The notes under the pieces were generated by a model. It did not search any database, was not told the DNA's origin, and saw nothing but the letters and a program-made list of their open reading frames with translations. This document shows, piece after piece, positions 40,806-49,657 of a stretch of 64,000 bases of DNA. Where the stretch lies: the NCBI GenBank assembly GCA_947625725.1, contig CANQPI010000009.1:194-64193 (forward strand), read 5' to 3'. This DNA is from an uncultured Clostridia bacterium. Its GTDB lineage: Bacteria; Bacillota; Clostridia; Christensenellales; CAG-314. Made by a program: the position numbers and the translations under genes. Positions within the stretch are counted from its first letter, which is position 1. Each line of letters begins with the position of its first letter.

Positions 40806-41018
40806 ACCGACCAGGCGCAAGTCGGTTCGGTTGATTACACAACCGACCCCTACGGGGCGCAAGTGCGCCGACTTGGTCGGACTGCTAAGGAAGTCGCTAC
40901 ACGCGCCTTCATTTTCGGGCTCCCACGCAATGCGAGTGTCACTGCGTGGGAGGAGTCGCAACCCCGCCAACCCCCGCAAGGGCTGCAATCTCGGTACACG
41001 CCCGTGATTGCAGGAGGG
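40806..41018 (+). ncRNA. candidate structured RNA: unique GC-rich multi-helix segment leading into repeat locus B
   Basis: Begins right after the yloV stop. Nested helices: CCGACCA(40807-13)/TGGTCGG(40874-80) and GTCGG(40821-25)/CCGAC(40868-72) enclose three hairpins. Further helices: CTCCCACGCA/TGCGTGGGAG (40920-52), CCC-GCAA-GGG (40973-82) and CTGCAATC/GATTGCAG (40983-41014). No ORF. Family unknown. Confidence 0.35.
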
Positions 41019-41085
41019 ATTTGAGTTTTGTCCGCTTGTGCGTTGTATCCACACGCCCAGCGCTCACTCAAATCTCTATTTTTTT
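41019..41085 (+). terminator. M8 terminator-like element, locus B copy 1
   Basis: ATTTGAGT...ACTCAAAT followed by CTCTA and T7. Confidence 0.55.
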
Positions 41086-41472
41086 GACCAGATGCAATTG
41101 GCGCTCGGGTATCCCCTGCAAAAAGGCTTCACTTCAAACGCCACACATTTAGTGAGAGAACGCAACTCACTTGTGTGGCGTTTTTGTTGCAGATTATTTT
41201 GCAGGGGACACCCTCGCTCCCCTGTGAATAAGGTCGGAACTTTGATTGGAATTGTTTGTTTTGAAATAAAGTTTGCAACTGTTACAACAAAACAATGCTT
41301 TCCATTATAATGGGAAACATAGTTGACAACTGCATTAAAAGCCTTCTCTTGGGGACGCAAGAGAAGGGGGACCGTCGCAAGACGGTGGATGAGTTTCGAC
41401 TGTCAAAGCCGTCTAGATATTACAATTATTGCCTCTTGGGTTTATTTGATAAAACAGTTTTTTGCAGACGTG

Positions 41473-41536
41473 ATTTGAGTTTTCGCTTGTGCACTGTGTC
41501 CACGCGCCCTGCGCTCACTCAAATCTCTATTTTTTT
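41473..41536 (+). terminator. M8 terminator-like element, locus B copy 2
   Basis: ATTTGAGT...ACTCAAAT followed by T7. The interior has a 3-nt deletion and substitutions relative to the other copies. Confidence 0.55.
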
Positions 41537-41773
41537 GACCAGATGCAATTGGTACTCGGGAATCCCCTGCAAAAAGGCTTCACTTCAAACGCCACACATT
41601 TAGTGAGGGAACACAACTCACTTGTGTGGCGTTTTTGTTGCAGATTATATAGGTATTCGGGTATTCCGTGTCAAACGGCTTCACACAGCACTTTGGGTGC
41701 TTGCACACAAAACGGCTTCACATAGTGCCTCGGGCATTGCTCGAAAAAAGGCTTCGCTTCGGGCTACGCCCTC

Positions 41774-41993
41774 GTTGCAGATTATTTTTCGAGCAACACC
41801 CTCGGCACTCCCTTGAAGCAAGGATAATGCTTGTTGCAGATTGTTTTGTTGTACAACACCCTCAGTGCCCCTTTTACAAGGGCAAGTGTGTTGTAGATTG
41901 TTTGTTACGAAACACCCTCATACCTCGGTGGAACAAGGTTGAGTTTGCAACACCCTTGCGCTTGTGTGAAAAAGGTCGGAACTATGATTGGAC
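41774..41993 (+). repeat. array of three 55-59-nt sub-repeats (locus B version)
   Basis: GTTGCAGATT at 41774 and 41833, GTTGTAGATT at 41890. The 64-nt third unit of locus A is absent here. Confidence 0.7.
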
Positions 41994-42341
41994 AACTTGT
42001 ACCGTAACAAGGTTGCTAACTGTGAGAGGGCTTACCCTTTGAGGACATGAAGTGGTATTTGCAACTAACAAAACAATGCTTTCCATTATAATGGGAAACA
42101 ACGTCGGCGACTGCATTAAAAGCCTTCTCTTGGGGACGCAAGAGAAGGGGGACCGTCGTCAGACGGTGGATGAGTTTCGACTGTCAAAGCCGACTAAATA
42201 TTACGATCATTGCCTCTTGCGTTTATTTGATAAAGTTGTGCAATACCCTCGCACCCGTGTGAACAAGGTCGTACATTTTTGAAACTGCGCTCGCATATCC
42301 CTCGCAAAGTTGAATTTTACATTGATTTTACATATCGGACG

Positions 42342-42746
42342 TTAAGCGTTGCCTAACTTTTTTTCCGTTTTTCTCTTTTTCGGAGCGACAAGAGCGTAAC
42401 TGTCGTCAATGAGTTGCGACAGCAACGTCATATCCACCGTACCGTCCAGCAAAACGCCTATCCAATGCAGTTTGTTGAGGTGGTAGCAGGGCACAAAACC
42501 CTTTTGGTCAAGCAACACCTCGCGTGCAAACGGGTCGCACTTGATGTCCAAAATGTCTACAACGCCCTCGCCGTCCAGCCCGAGCCTTTTACGCGGCACG
42601 TTCATGATAATGCCGTACCATTTGCGCGTGTCGGCGCGCCTCAGCACGGCGTAATTGGGGACGTCCGCCCACATGTATTCCGCCTCAGTACCGTATTGAT
42701 TTGACGCATAGTTCAGCACGTCTTGTCTTGTAGCCCCGTTTGTCAT
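42342..42746 (-). CDS. MmcQ/YjbR family DNA-binding protein
   Basis: 134 aa; ...YAVLRRADTRKWYGIIMNVPRKRLGL......VDILDIKCDP....LL...G..P.YH.NK.HWI.VLLDG. Family assignment from memory. RBS GGAG. Confidence 0.8.
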   Translation of the reverse strand: MTNGATRQDVLNYASNQYGTEAEYMWADVPNYAVLRRADTRKWYGIIMNVPRKRLGLDGEGVVDILDIKCDPFAREVLLDQKGFVPCYHLNKLHWIGVLLDGTVDMTLLSQLIDDSYALVAPKKRKTEKKLGNA

Positions 42747-42793
42747 ATACGCACTCCGTGTACATTATAATATACTTGATCTGAAAATTCAAC

Positions 42794-42827
42794 ATTGTAC
42801 GCTTGATTTTATTGTACGCCTGATTTT
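42794..42827 (+). repeat. tandem direct repeat 2 x 17 nt (ATTGTACGCYTGATTTT)
   Basis: Read directly: 42794-42810 and 42811-42827 differ at one position. Lies in the divergent intergenic region. Confidence 0.7.
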
Positions 42828-43029
42828 AGACCTCGCCGTCGCATGCTTGCAATATTTTTGCCACGCTTGCCGCGCAATTCGGTATATCTTGTTAGCGAAA
42901 AAAGCGGTGCGCTCGTCAAGACAAACTCACGCCTAAATGCCAATTGACTTTTTGACCGTTTGATTTTTCTGTGCGTTTATGATATGATGATTGTACGATA
43001 AGTGTTAATTTAGCGGGGATAATTAAAGA

Positions 43030-43674
43030 ATGAATACGATTGAAGAAATGATACGAAATAGGGATTTCAAATACGAGCCGCCTTATTTTTATAATAATCC
43101 TTTTTCATTGCGGTGTGAATTGGGTATTGACGAAAGCAACGAGGCGTATTTGACTATCGCAAAGAAAAGAGCGGCGGAAATTTTTAATATTCTATTTGAA
43201 AACAATGTCGATTTGTTCTTCTTTGACAATTACATATATGACTTTGATTTTGATACGGGAAAAACTGTGTATATCAATAACCTGATTTCATTGGAGAAAA
43301 AGCGGCTTAAATTCTCTTTGGGCTATCAAAAGAAGTTTAAGCACGTAATTATCAGGGATATCCCCTTTGATAAAGACGACGATAATAACGACGAAATTGT
43401 TCGAAGAAATCGAATTTGTTGTTATCCGAATAAGAAATTCAACGCCATTGAGGCTATAAACTCTCAAATTGATAATCAAGAAAATCCGATTATCCATTTC
43501 GTATCATTTGACAATAGCTGCATATTCTCGGTATATGATGATAGAGGGTGCGATATCGTGTTCTTCGATAAAAAGAAATTCCAACACTTCTACCCGCTCT
43601 TGCAAACGTATTTTCTTGGCTATGATTTGGCTTTAATGGAACAAAGATTGAATAACTGTAAGGGAACAAAATAA
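43030..43674 (+). CDS. DUF3885-like hypothetical protein (AT-rich accessory gene)
   Basis: 214 aa, markedly AT-rich. The C-terminal SVYDDRGCDIVFF resembles the YDDRGC motif I recall from DUF3885 proteins. Not verified. Confidence 0.5.
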   Translation: MNTIEEMIRNRDFKYEPPYFYNNPFSLRCELGIDESNEAYLTIAKKRAAEIFNILFENNVDLFFFDNYIYDFDFDTGKTVYINNLISLEKKRLKFSLGYQKKFKHVIIRDIPFDKDDDNNDEIVRRNRICCYPNKKFNAIEAINSQIDNQENPIIHFVSFDNSCIFSVYDDRGCDIVFFDKKKFQHFYPLLQTYFLGYDLALMEQRLNNCKGTK

Positions 43675-43741
43675 TATGGAAGAATATTGGGGCATTTTCA
43701 AAGATGAGTTGTGATTTATTGTTTAATCATGAAGTATAAGG

Positions 43742-43770
43742 AAGGCGAGGGCGGTTTGTCCTCGCCTTTT
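43742..43770 (+). terminator. intrinsic terminator after the DUF3885-like gene
   Basis: AAGGCGAGG-N9-CCTCGCCTT followed by TTTG. Confidence 0.6.
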
Positions 43771-43815
43771 GTATAGAAAAAGATCAACCCAACTCGGTTC
43801 GAATTAGGTTGGTCG

Positions 43816-43902
43816 TGGTGCCGCTGACCGGGTTCGAACCGGTACAGTATTGCTACCGAGGGATTTTAAGTCCCTTGCGTCTGCCTGTTTCGCCACAGCG
43901 GC
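43816..43902 (-). tRNA. tRNA-Leu (anticodon UAA), CCA encoded
   Basis: Hand-folded cloverleaf: acceptor GCCGCTG/CAGCGGC, anticodon arm AGGGA-CTTAAAA-TCCCT, long variable arm with a GCAA loop, T arm ACCGG-TTCGAAC-CCGGT, 3-prime ACCA. Confidence 0.93.
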
Positions 43903-43911
43903 ATATATTTC

Positions 43912-43941
43912 AACTGCGAAGCACATTTCGGCTTCGCAGTT
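43912..43941 (-). other. perfect 11-bp hairpin in the tRNA-Cys/tRNA-Leu spacer
   Basis: AACTGCGAAGC-N8-GCTTCGCAGTT with no clear U-run. Possibly a processing or stability element. Confidence 0.45.
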
Positions 43942-43946
43942 GTGTT

Positions 43947-44020
43947 TGGAGGCACCACCCAGACTCGGACTGGGGGTGGAGCTTTTGCAGAGCTCTGCCT
44001 TACCACTTGGCTATGGTGCC
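43947..44020 (-). tRNA. tRNA-Cys (anticodon GCA), CCA encoded, atypical T-loop
   Basis: Acceptor GGCACCA/TGGTGCC, discriminator U, anticodon arm GAGCT-CTGCAAA-AGCTC, T arm CCCAG-TCCGAGT-CTGGG. The T-loop reads TCCGA instead of the usual TTCGA. Confidence 0.85.
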
Positions 44021-44236
44021 GTCAACATCTAATATTTTATCAAACAACCGAAAAAAAATCAACCCTTTAAGCGCAATTTGTATCGATATATTGTCGCAAA
44101 CATTTTTCGCGGTCGGCTTTGTTCCTTGCGAGGCTTTGTTTTCGTCGCAAAAGCAACTTTGCTCGCCCGCAACTTGGGCGTTGATTTGTTTTGTCGTATG
44201 TGTTATACTTATCCTATTCGGCAAGGAGCAGACGGT

Positions 44237-45445
44237 ATGAATATTTTTCAAAAGGCGTATTGTCGCACGTATCAATTTGTTTGCAAAATGGCAATTCCGT
44301 TGTTGCCGTATCGCCAACCCGAGCGGTTGGAGGGGTATGACGCAATCGCCGACGTAATGCAAAAGCGCAATTTGCGTTGCGCGCTCGTCGTCACGGACAA
44401 AACTTTGCGCGAGTTGGGCATCTGCGACGGGTTGCTTGCCGCGCTGGAAAAAAATAATTTAGGTTACGCCGTTTACGACGGCACGGTCGCCAACCCCACG
44501 ACGGACAACGTGGCGGAGGCGGCGGAACTGTACCGTCAAAGCGGTTGCGATTGCCTTGTGGCTATCGGCGGCGGTTCGGCAATGGATTGCGCCAAAGCGG
44601 TGGGCGCGCAGTTGGTGCGCCCGAACAAAACTCTCGCCCAAATGAAAGGGCTTTTGAAAGTACGCCGATCCCTGCCCGCGTTGTTCGCGATACCCACAAC
44701 GGCGGGTACGGGCAGCGAAACAACGGTGGCGGCGGTCATCACGGACGGCAAAACGCGGCACAAGTACGCCATAAACGATTTTTGCCTCATTCCCCGCTAC
44801 GTATTGTTCGACAGCGCGTTGATGGTGGGTTTGCCGCCCTCGGTAACGGCGGCGACGGGTATGGACGCCTTGACTCACGCTATCGAGGCTTACGTCGGGC
44901 GCAGTACGACCAAGCGTTCGCGGCGCAACGCGCTTTGCGCGGCAAAAATCATTTTGGATAATATCCAGACCGTTTTTGCCGACGGCGGCAACATACAATC
45001 TCGCGGAAACATGCTACGCGCGTCCTATCTGGCGGGTTTGGCGTTTACCGAAAGTTACGTCGGGTACGTCCATGCGATAGCCCATGCGCTCGGCGGCAAG
45101 TACAACGTTCCGCACGGGTTGGCGAACGCGGTGCTTTTGCCCTATGTACTCAAAGCGTACGGCAAGACGGCTTACAAAAAACTTTGGAAAATGGGTTTGT
45201 ATGCGGGATTGTTCGACAAAACCGTTTTCCCGCAGGAGGGCGCGCAAGCGGTGATCGCCCAAATCGAACGGCTCAATCGGCAAATGAATATCCCGCAAAA
45301 ATTGGACTGCATTGCGGCGCAGGACATTCCGCAACTTGCCAAAACCGCCGCGGCGGAGGCAAATCCGTTGTACCCCGTCCCCAAATTGCTGGGCGCAAAA
45401 CAATTGGAAAAAATTATCTTTGAGGTATGCGCCGTGGACAATTGA
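44237..45445 (+). CDS. iron-containing (group III) alcohol dehydrogenase
   Basis: 403 aa from the ATG at 44237 (RBS AAGGAG). LVAIGGGSAMDCAK, PTTAGTGSE and H.L....NVPHG motifs. Confidence 0.88.
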   Translation: MNIFQKAYCRTYQFVCKMAIPLLPYRQPERLEGYDAIADVMQKRNLRCALVVTDKTLRELGICDGLLAALEKNNLGYAVYDGTVANPTTDNVAEAAELYRQSGCDCLVAIGGGSAMDCAKAVGAQLVRPNKTLAQMKGLLKVRRSLPALFAIPTTAGTGSETTVAAVITDGKTRHKYAINDFCLIPRYVLFDSALMVGLPPSVTAATGMDALTHAIEAYVGRSTTKRSRRNALCAAKIILDNIQTVFADGGNIQSRGNMLRASYLAGLAFTESYVGYVHAIAHALGGKYNVPHGLANAVLLPYVLKAYGKTAYKKLWKMGLYAGLFDKTVFPQEGAQAVIAQIERLNRQMNIPQKLDCIAAQDIPQLAKTAAAEANPLYPVPKLLGAKQLEKIIFEVCAVDN

Positions 45446-45491
45446 GCAAAAAAATTCGATAAAAAAAGCGTTTTCGGGTCGATCCGTTCGG

Positions 45492-46931
45492 TCAACACTC
45501 GGAAACGCTTGTTTTGTTGCGCCGTTTGCGTTTTCTCGGCGGCGACGCGCTTGGTTTCGCGTTTTGCCCGTCGTCGAAATTCAATCGACGGAACAACGCC
45601 GCAAAAAACACAAAGTGAACAAGCGCGGTGATCGCCCAACTTATGGGGTAGGAAATGGCAAGCCAGGTTATGTTGTGAAAGTAGTCCAGCGGAAAAATCG
45701 CAAATATCCACAGCAACCGCAGTCCGCACGCGCCGCAGGTGGAAATCACCGTCGGCAACACGGAGTAGCCGATAGCGCGTAGCGAGTACGCGCCTATATC
45801 CATCAATCCGCACAAAAAGTAAGTTCCGACGGTTATGTAAATGCGATCCAACCCGAATTGCACGGCTTGCTCGGTGGGAGCGTAAAAACCCAACAGCGGT
45901 TTTGCGAAAATCATCACGAAAGACGACGGAATCGCCCACGCGCCCGCAACAACCAACATTGTGCGCAAAATGACTCTGCGGATATTGGGCTTGTTTTTTG
46001 CGCCGTAATTTGCCGAACCGAAGGTGACTATCCCCTGCGCACAACTGTTCATGGCGGTGTAGACGTACCCTTCGAGGTTTGCCGCCGCGCCGTTCCCGTC
46101 CAAAGCCGCCGCGCCCAAAGTGAGGCTCAGATCGTTTATGCTTGTTTGTATCATCACGTTGGAAATGCTGAACAGCGAGCCTTGAATCCCCGCGGGCAAG
46201 CCCAAACGGGTAATTTCCAACGCTTCCTTTTTGTACAGGCGAACGTCGCGAAAGCGAAAGCGGAAAAAGTTTCCCTTTTTGAAGCGCATGTAGACTATCA
46301 CGTCAACGGCGGCAAGCGCCTGCGACAGCGCGGTGGCGAGAGCCACGCCCCCAACGTCCATTTTGAATTGAATTACAAGCAGCAAGTTGAGCGCGACGTT
46401 GAACAACCCCGACAGCGTAAGGAAGTAGAACGGACGTTTTGTGTCGCCCACGGCGCGCAGCAGAGCCGCGCAAAAGTTGTAAACCATCGAAAAGGGCACG
46501 CCCGCAAAGTAAATTTGCAAATACAAAGTCGAAAGATCCAATACTTCGGGGTTTGTACCCATCCAAATCAAAAAGTATTTTGTGCAACACACCCCGATCA
46601 CGCCGACGATCAAACCCATTATCACGGACAGAACAAAGGCGGTGTAAACCACGCGTTGTCCTTTTTGTTTATCCTTTGTGCCGTAACAGCGCGACATAAG
46701 TATGTTTGCGCCAATGGACAGCCCGAGAAACAGGTTTACAATGAGGTTTACCAAAGCGTTGGTGCAGGTGATCGCGCCCACCGAGTGTTCGCTCCCGAAA
46801 TAGCGGCAAACGATCAAGTCGCTTGTGTTGAACAGCAGTTGCAAAATGCCCGACAGTGCGATAGGCATAACAAATCTTATTAAATTTTTGACCATGCCCT
46901 TGTTGGCGGTCATATCGATATTTTTCGTCAT
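45492..46931 (-). CDS. MATE family efflux transporter
   Basis: 479 aa with ~12 TM segments. N-terminus ...LIRFVMPIALSGILQLLFNTSDLIVCRYFG is typical of MATE/NorM-like proteins. Confidence 0.88.
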   Translation of the reverse strand: MTKNIDMTANKGMVKNLIRFVMPIALSGILQLLFNTSDLIVCRYFGSEHSVGAITCTNALVNLIVNLFLGLSIGANILMSRCYGTKDKQKGQRVVYTAFVLSVIMGLIVGVIGVCCTKYFLIWMGTNPEVLDLSTLYLQIYFAGVPFSMVYNFCAALLRAVGDTKRPFYFLTLSGLFNVALNLLLVIQFKMDVGGVALATALSQALAAVDVIVYMRFKKGNFFRFRFRDVRLYKKEALEITRLGLPAGIQGSLFSISNVMIQTSINDLSLTLGAAALDGNGAAANLEGYVYTAMNSCAQGIVTFGSANYGAKNKPNIRRVILRTMLVVAGAWAIPSSFVMIFAKPLLGFYAPTEQAVQFGLDRIYITVGTYFLCGLMDIGAYSLRAIGYSVLPTVISTCGACGLRLLWIFAIFPLDYFHNITWLAISYPISWAITALVHFVFFAALFRRLNFDDGQNAKPSASPPRKRKRRNKTSVSEC

Positions 46932-47176
46932 ATTTCAAATACACCCAATTATAGCACCGCGCGCAAAATGAGGCAACAAAACAACGCGCATATCAAGATA
47001 TTTTATTTCGACGATTTTCAAAATGTAAACTTTTTGTCGCCGCATTTTGGGACTACAATAACGAAATTCTTCAATTTGTATACTACTATTACAAACATAG
47101 TATTCAAAACTGTGCCAATTTGCCTTTTTTCGGATAGTTTTGGGGGATATTTTGCGCATACAAAGGGAATTTTGTG

Positions 47177-47205
47177 TTGACGTAGCGCGACCTTTGTTGT
47201 AAAAT
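47177..47205 (+). promoter_or_regulatory. sigma-A-type promoter TTGACG-17-TAAAAT upstream of the DUF362 gene
   Basis: Read directly; GGAGG RBS follows. Confidence 0.45.
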
Positions 47206-47222
47206 AAAATCGGAGGTACATT

Positions 47223-48107
47223 ATGAAATCCAAAGTGTTTTTTACGCAAAATATAACGTCGCAAGGTTTGCTGGATATCTACCGCGCGTTGGGCAAGGAG
47301 TTGCACGGGCGCGTTGCGGTCAAAATTTCCACGGGCGAACCGGGCGGACACAACTTTCTCAACCCGAATTTGATACAACCGTTGGTAAACAGTCTTGACG
47401 GCACGATAGTAGAGTGTTGTACGGCTTACGGCGGCAAGAGATGCAACCCCAAAGTCCATTGGCAAACGATCAAAGCGCACGGCTTTTACGATATTGCGCC
47501 CTGCGACATAATGGACGAGGAGGGCGAAATGGAAATTCCCGTCAACGGCGGCAAGCACATGGACGGCTACAATATTGTGGGCAGTCATCTTGCCAACTAC
47601 GACAGCATGCTGATGCTCAGCCACTTCAAGGGACACGCCATGGGCGGTTTCGGCGGCGCGCTAAAAAACATGTCGATCGGCGTTGCTTCCTCGCGCGGCA
47701 AAGCCTGGATACACACCGTCGGGCGCACCAAAGACCCCGACGAATTGTGGAATTTCGTAAACGATCAGGACGGTTTCCTCGAAAGCATGGCGGAAGCGTG
47801 CAAAGCGGTGATGGACTATATGGGGCGCGACAATATCCTGTATATAAACGTTGCCAACCGTTTGTCCGTCGATTGCGACTGCGACAGCAATCCGCACGAG
47901 CCTGAAATGGCGGATATAGGCATTTTTGCCTCCACCGACCCCGTGGCGTTGGATCAATGTTGTTACGATCAAGTTGTCAACTCTCCCGACCCTGGCAAAG
48001 CCGCCCTTATCGAGCGCATGAACAGCCGTCACGGCATACACACGGTGGAGTGGGCTGCCGAATTGGGCTTGGGCAACCGCGAGTACGAAATCGTCAACAT
48101 AGATTGA
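47223..48107 (+). CDS. DUF362 domain-containing protein
   Basis: 294 aa; VAVKISTGEPGG.NFL.P; C-terminal DCDCD....EP...DIGI.AS.DPVALDQ. Family assignment from memory. Confidence 0.65.
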   Translation: MKSKVFFTQNITSQGLLDIYRALGKELHGRVAVKISTGEPGGHNFLNPNLIQPLVNSLDGTIVECCTAYGGKRCNPKVHWQTIKAHGFYDIAPCDIMDEEGEMEIPVNGGKHMDGYNIVGSHLANYDSMLMLSHFKGHAMGGFGGALKNMSIGVASSRGKAWIHTVGRTKDPDELWNFVNDQDGFLESMAEACKAVMDYMGRDNILYINVANRLSVDCDCDSNPHEPEMADIGIFASTDPVALDQCCYDQVVNSPDPGKAALIERMNSRHGIHTVEWAAELGLGNREYEIVNID

Positions 48108-48216
48108 TTTTTGTCCCGCCGACCCGACGAAACGCGGCGTTTGCTTGCCGATTGTTTGCCTGCAAAAACGGCGACTTTGCGGCGAGCCGAACGAAACAAG
48201 CACAAGTCTTTGCCGA

Positions 48217-48249
48217 CAGAGAACGCCAACGCGCGCTCTCTGTTTTTTT
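48217..48249 (+). terminator. intrinsic terminator after the DUF362 gene
   Basis: CAGAGA..CGC...GCG..TCTCTG stem followed by T7. Confidence 0.6.
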
Positions 48250-48297
48250 GTCGGGTAATTAGCGCAAAAAATTTTTCAAAAAATTTTCGAATATGTC

Positions 48298-48326
48298 TTG
48301 AAATGTAGACTTAATTATTATATAAT
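48298..48326 (+). promoter_or_regulatory. sigma-A-type promoter TTGAAA-17-TATAAT
   Basis: Read directly, ~65 nt upstream of the ATG at 48391. Confidence 0.55.
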
Positions 48327-48390
48327 AGTATCGTATGTAAAGTTTGTCGTTTTCAACAGAACAAACTTTGCCAATTTCAAGGAGGACTTT

Positions 48391-49593
48391 ATGAAAGCAA
48401 ATAGAATCTTGATCGCTCTCGTTGCGGTTGTTTTGACGCTTGTCATGGTATTTGCCGTGGCGTGCAACAACGTCGCCGACAGACAGTCTGCAACGCTTGC
48501 CGAAACAGGCGTTACGCAAGAGGCGGCGCGCCCCAACAAACAGGCTGAAACCGCAATTACCGACCCTCACGAGGGACACACTTTGGAGTGGCGTCATGAC
48601 CAAACCGAACATTGGCGTTACTGCACGGATTGTCAAACGGTGGTTATGAGTACTTACGAAACTCACCAATTCGGCGATAGCGGCGATACCTGCACAAAGT
48701 GCGGCGCACCTCGTCACACGCAACATCAAATGACGGTGTGGAGATACGACGCTACTCAACATTGGCACGGGTGCTACATCTGCGGCGAATCGGATACCGA
48801 CAGAGCCGACCACGAGTTTGTCAACGGCTTGTGCGAGTGCGGCGCAAGAGAAAAGGAAGAATATGTTCCCGAAGAACCCGATCCCAACGCGGATTCTCCC
48901 TACATTTTGGTAGGAATGTTCGGCGGCAGAGATCGCTGGGCGGATCTGAACGGTCTTGGTTTGGCGGAGAGTAACGGCACTTGGAGCATTACGGTAGACT
49001 TCAAGGTCGGCGATCAATTCAAACTCAAAAAGAGAAACGTCATTTGGGACGATTGGCAAATCGGATACAGCGCAAACAAAAACATCACCAAAGAATCCGA
49101 CGTTGAAGGCGCGGTAGACAAAGTTTTGTTCGGTACAAATACCGACGGAAACTTCGTCGTCAAGTACAACTGCACGGTAACTATTTCGCACAATGGCGAC
49201 GCTTCTTCGGTCAGCATCCATGTTTTGGCGGCGGAAGGCGTACCCGAAAATCCCACCGAGTACAGATACACGTTCCACCTTTATGCACCTTCTTGGAGCG
49301 GCGCATACATTCACTGCTGGGGACCCATCGGCACGGGTAGTTGGGACAACAAGCCCTCTATGACAAGCGAAGGCAACGGTTGGTACGTTTGGACCTACAT
49401 CACCTATGAAGAACTCGGCTCCGCCGAACAAGGCTTTGTTATGTGCAACCCCTCCAATGTGGACGGCGAGCGCGTCACAATGGGCGGCACGGACGCAGGA
49501 CACGGACCGGGCGTTGTACTCAAAGAGAATATGTACTTCAACGCACTCAAAGGCAACAATCAATACGACAGCATGGAAGAAGCGCTTGCCTGA
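48391..49593 (+). CDS. surface lipoprotein with His/Cys-rich repeats and two putative carbohydrate-binding-like beta modules
   Basis: RBS AAGGAGG. Signal peptide MKANRILIALVAVVLTLVMVFAVAC (lipobox). It is followed by HTLEWRHDQTEHWRYCTDC, CTKCG and HQMTVWRYDATQHWHGCYICG motifs. Two W/G-rich modules come next (…NGTWSITVDFKVGDQFKLK…, …GSWDNKPSMTSEGNGWYVWTY…). Confidence 0.7.
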   Translation: MKANRILIALVAVVLTLVMVFAVACNNVADRQSATLAETGVTQEAARPNKQAETAITDPHEGHTLEWRHDQTEHWRYCTDCQTVVMSTYETHQFGDSGDTCTKCGAPRHTQHQMTVWRYDATQHWHGCYICGESDTDRADHEFVNGLCECGAREKEEYVPEEPDPNADSPYILVGMFGGRDRWADLNGLGLAESNGTWSITVDFKVGDQFKLKKRNVIWDDWQIGYSANKNITKESDVEGAVDKVLFGTNTDGNFVVKYNCTVTISHNGDASSVSIHVLAAEGVPENPTEYRYTFHLYAPSWSGAYIHCWGPIGTGSWDNKPSMTSEGNGWYVWTYITYEELGSAEQGFVMCNPSNVDGERVTMGGTDAGHGPGVVLKENMYFNALKGNNQYDSMEEALA

Positions 49594-49614
49594 GCGATCC
49601 TATTTGTATCAATT

Positions 49615-49646
49615 GAGAGCGCCGAATTTTTCGGCGCTCTCTTTTT
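49615..49646 (+). terminator. intrinsic terminator (GAGAGCGCCGAA-TTT-TTCGGCGCTCTC + T5)
   Basis: 12-bp perfect stem followed by a T-run. Confidence 0.75.
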
Positions 49647-49657
49647 ACGCTCTACGT

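Larger units (their letters stand above)
41019..42300 (+). repeat. non-coding modular repeat locus B (paralog of locus A)
   Basis: Same modules in the same order as locus A, roughly 90% identical by eye, with unit-level indels. Period 451 nt (41104 to 41555). Ends before the convergent yjbR-like gene. Confidence 0.85.
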
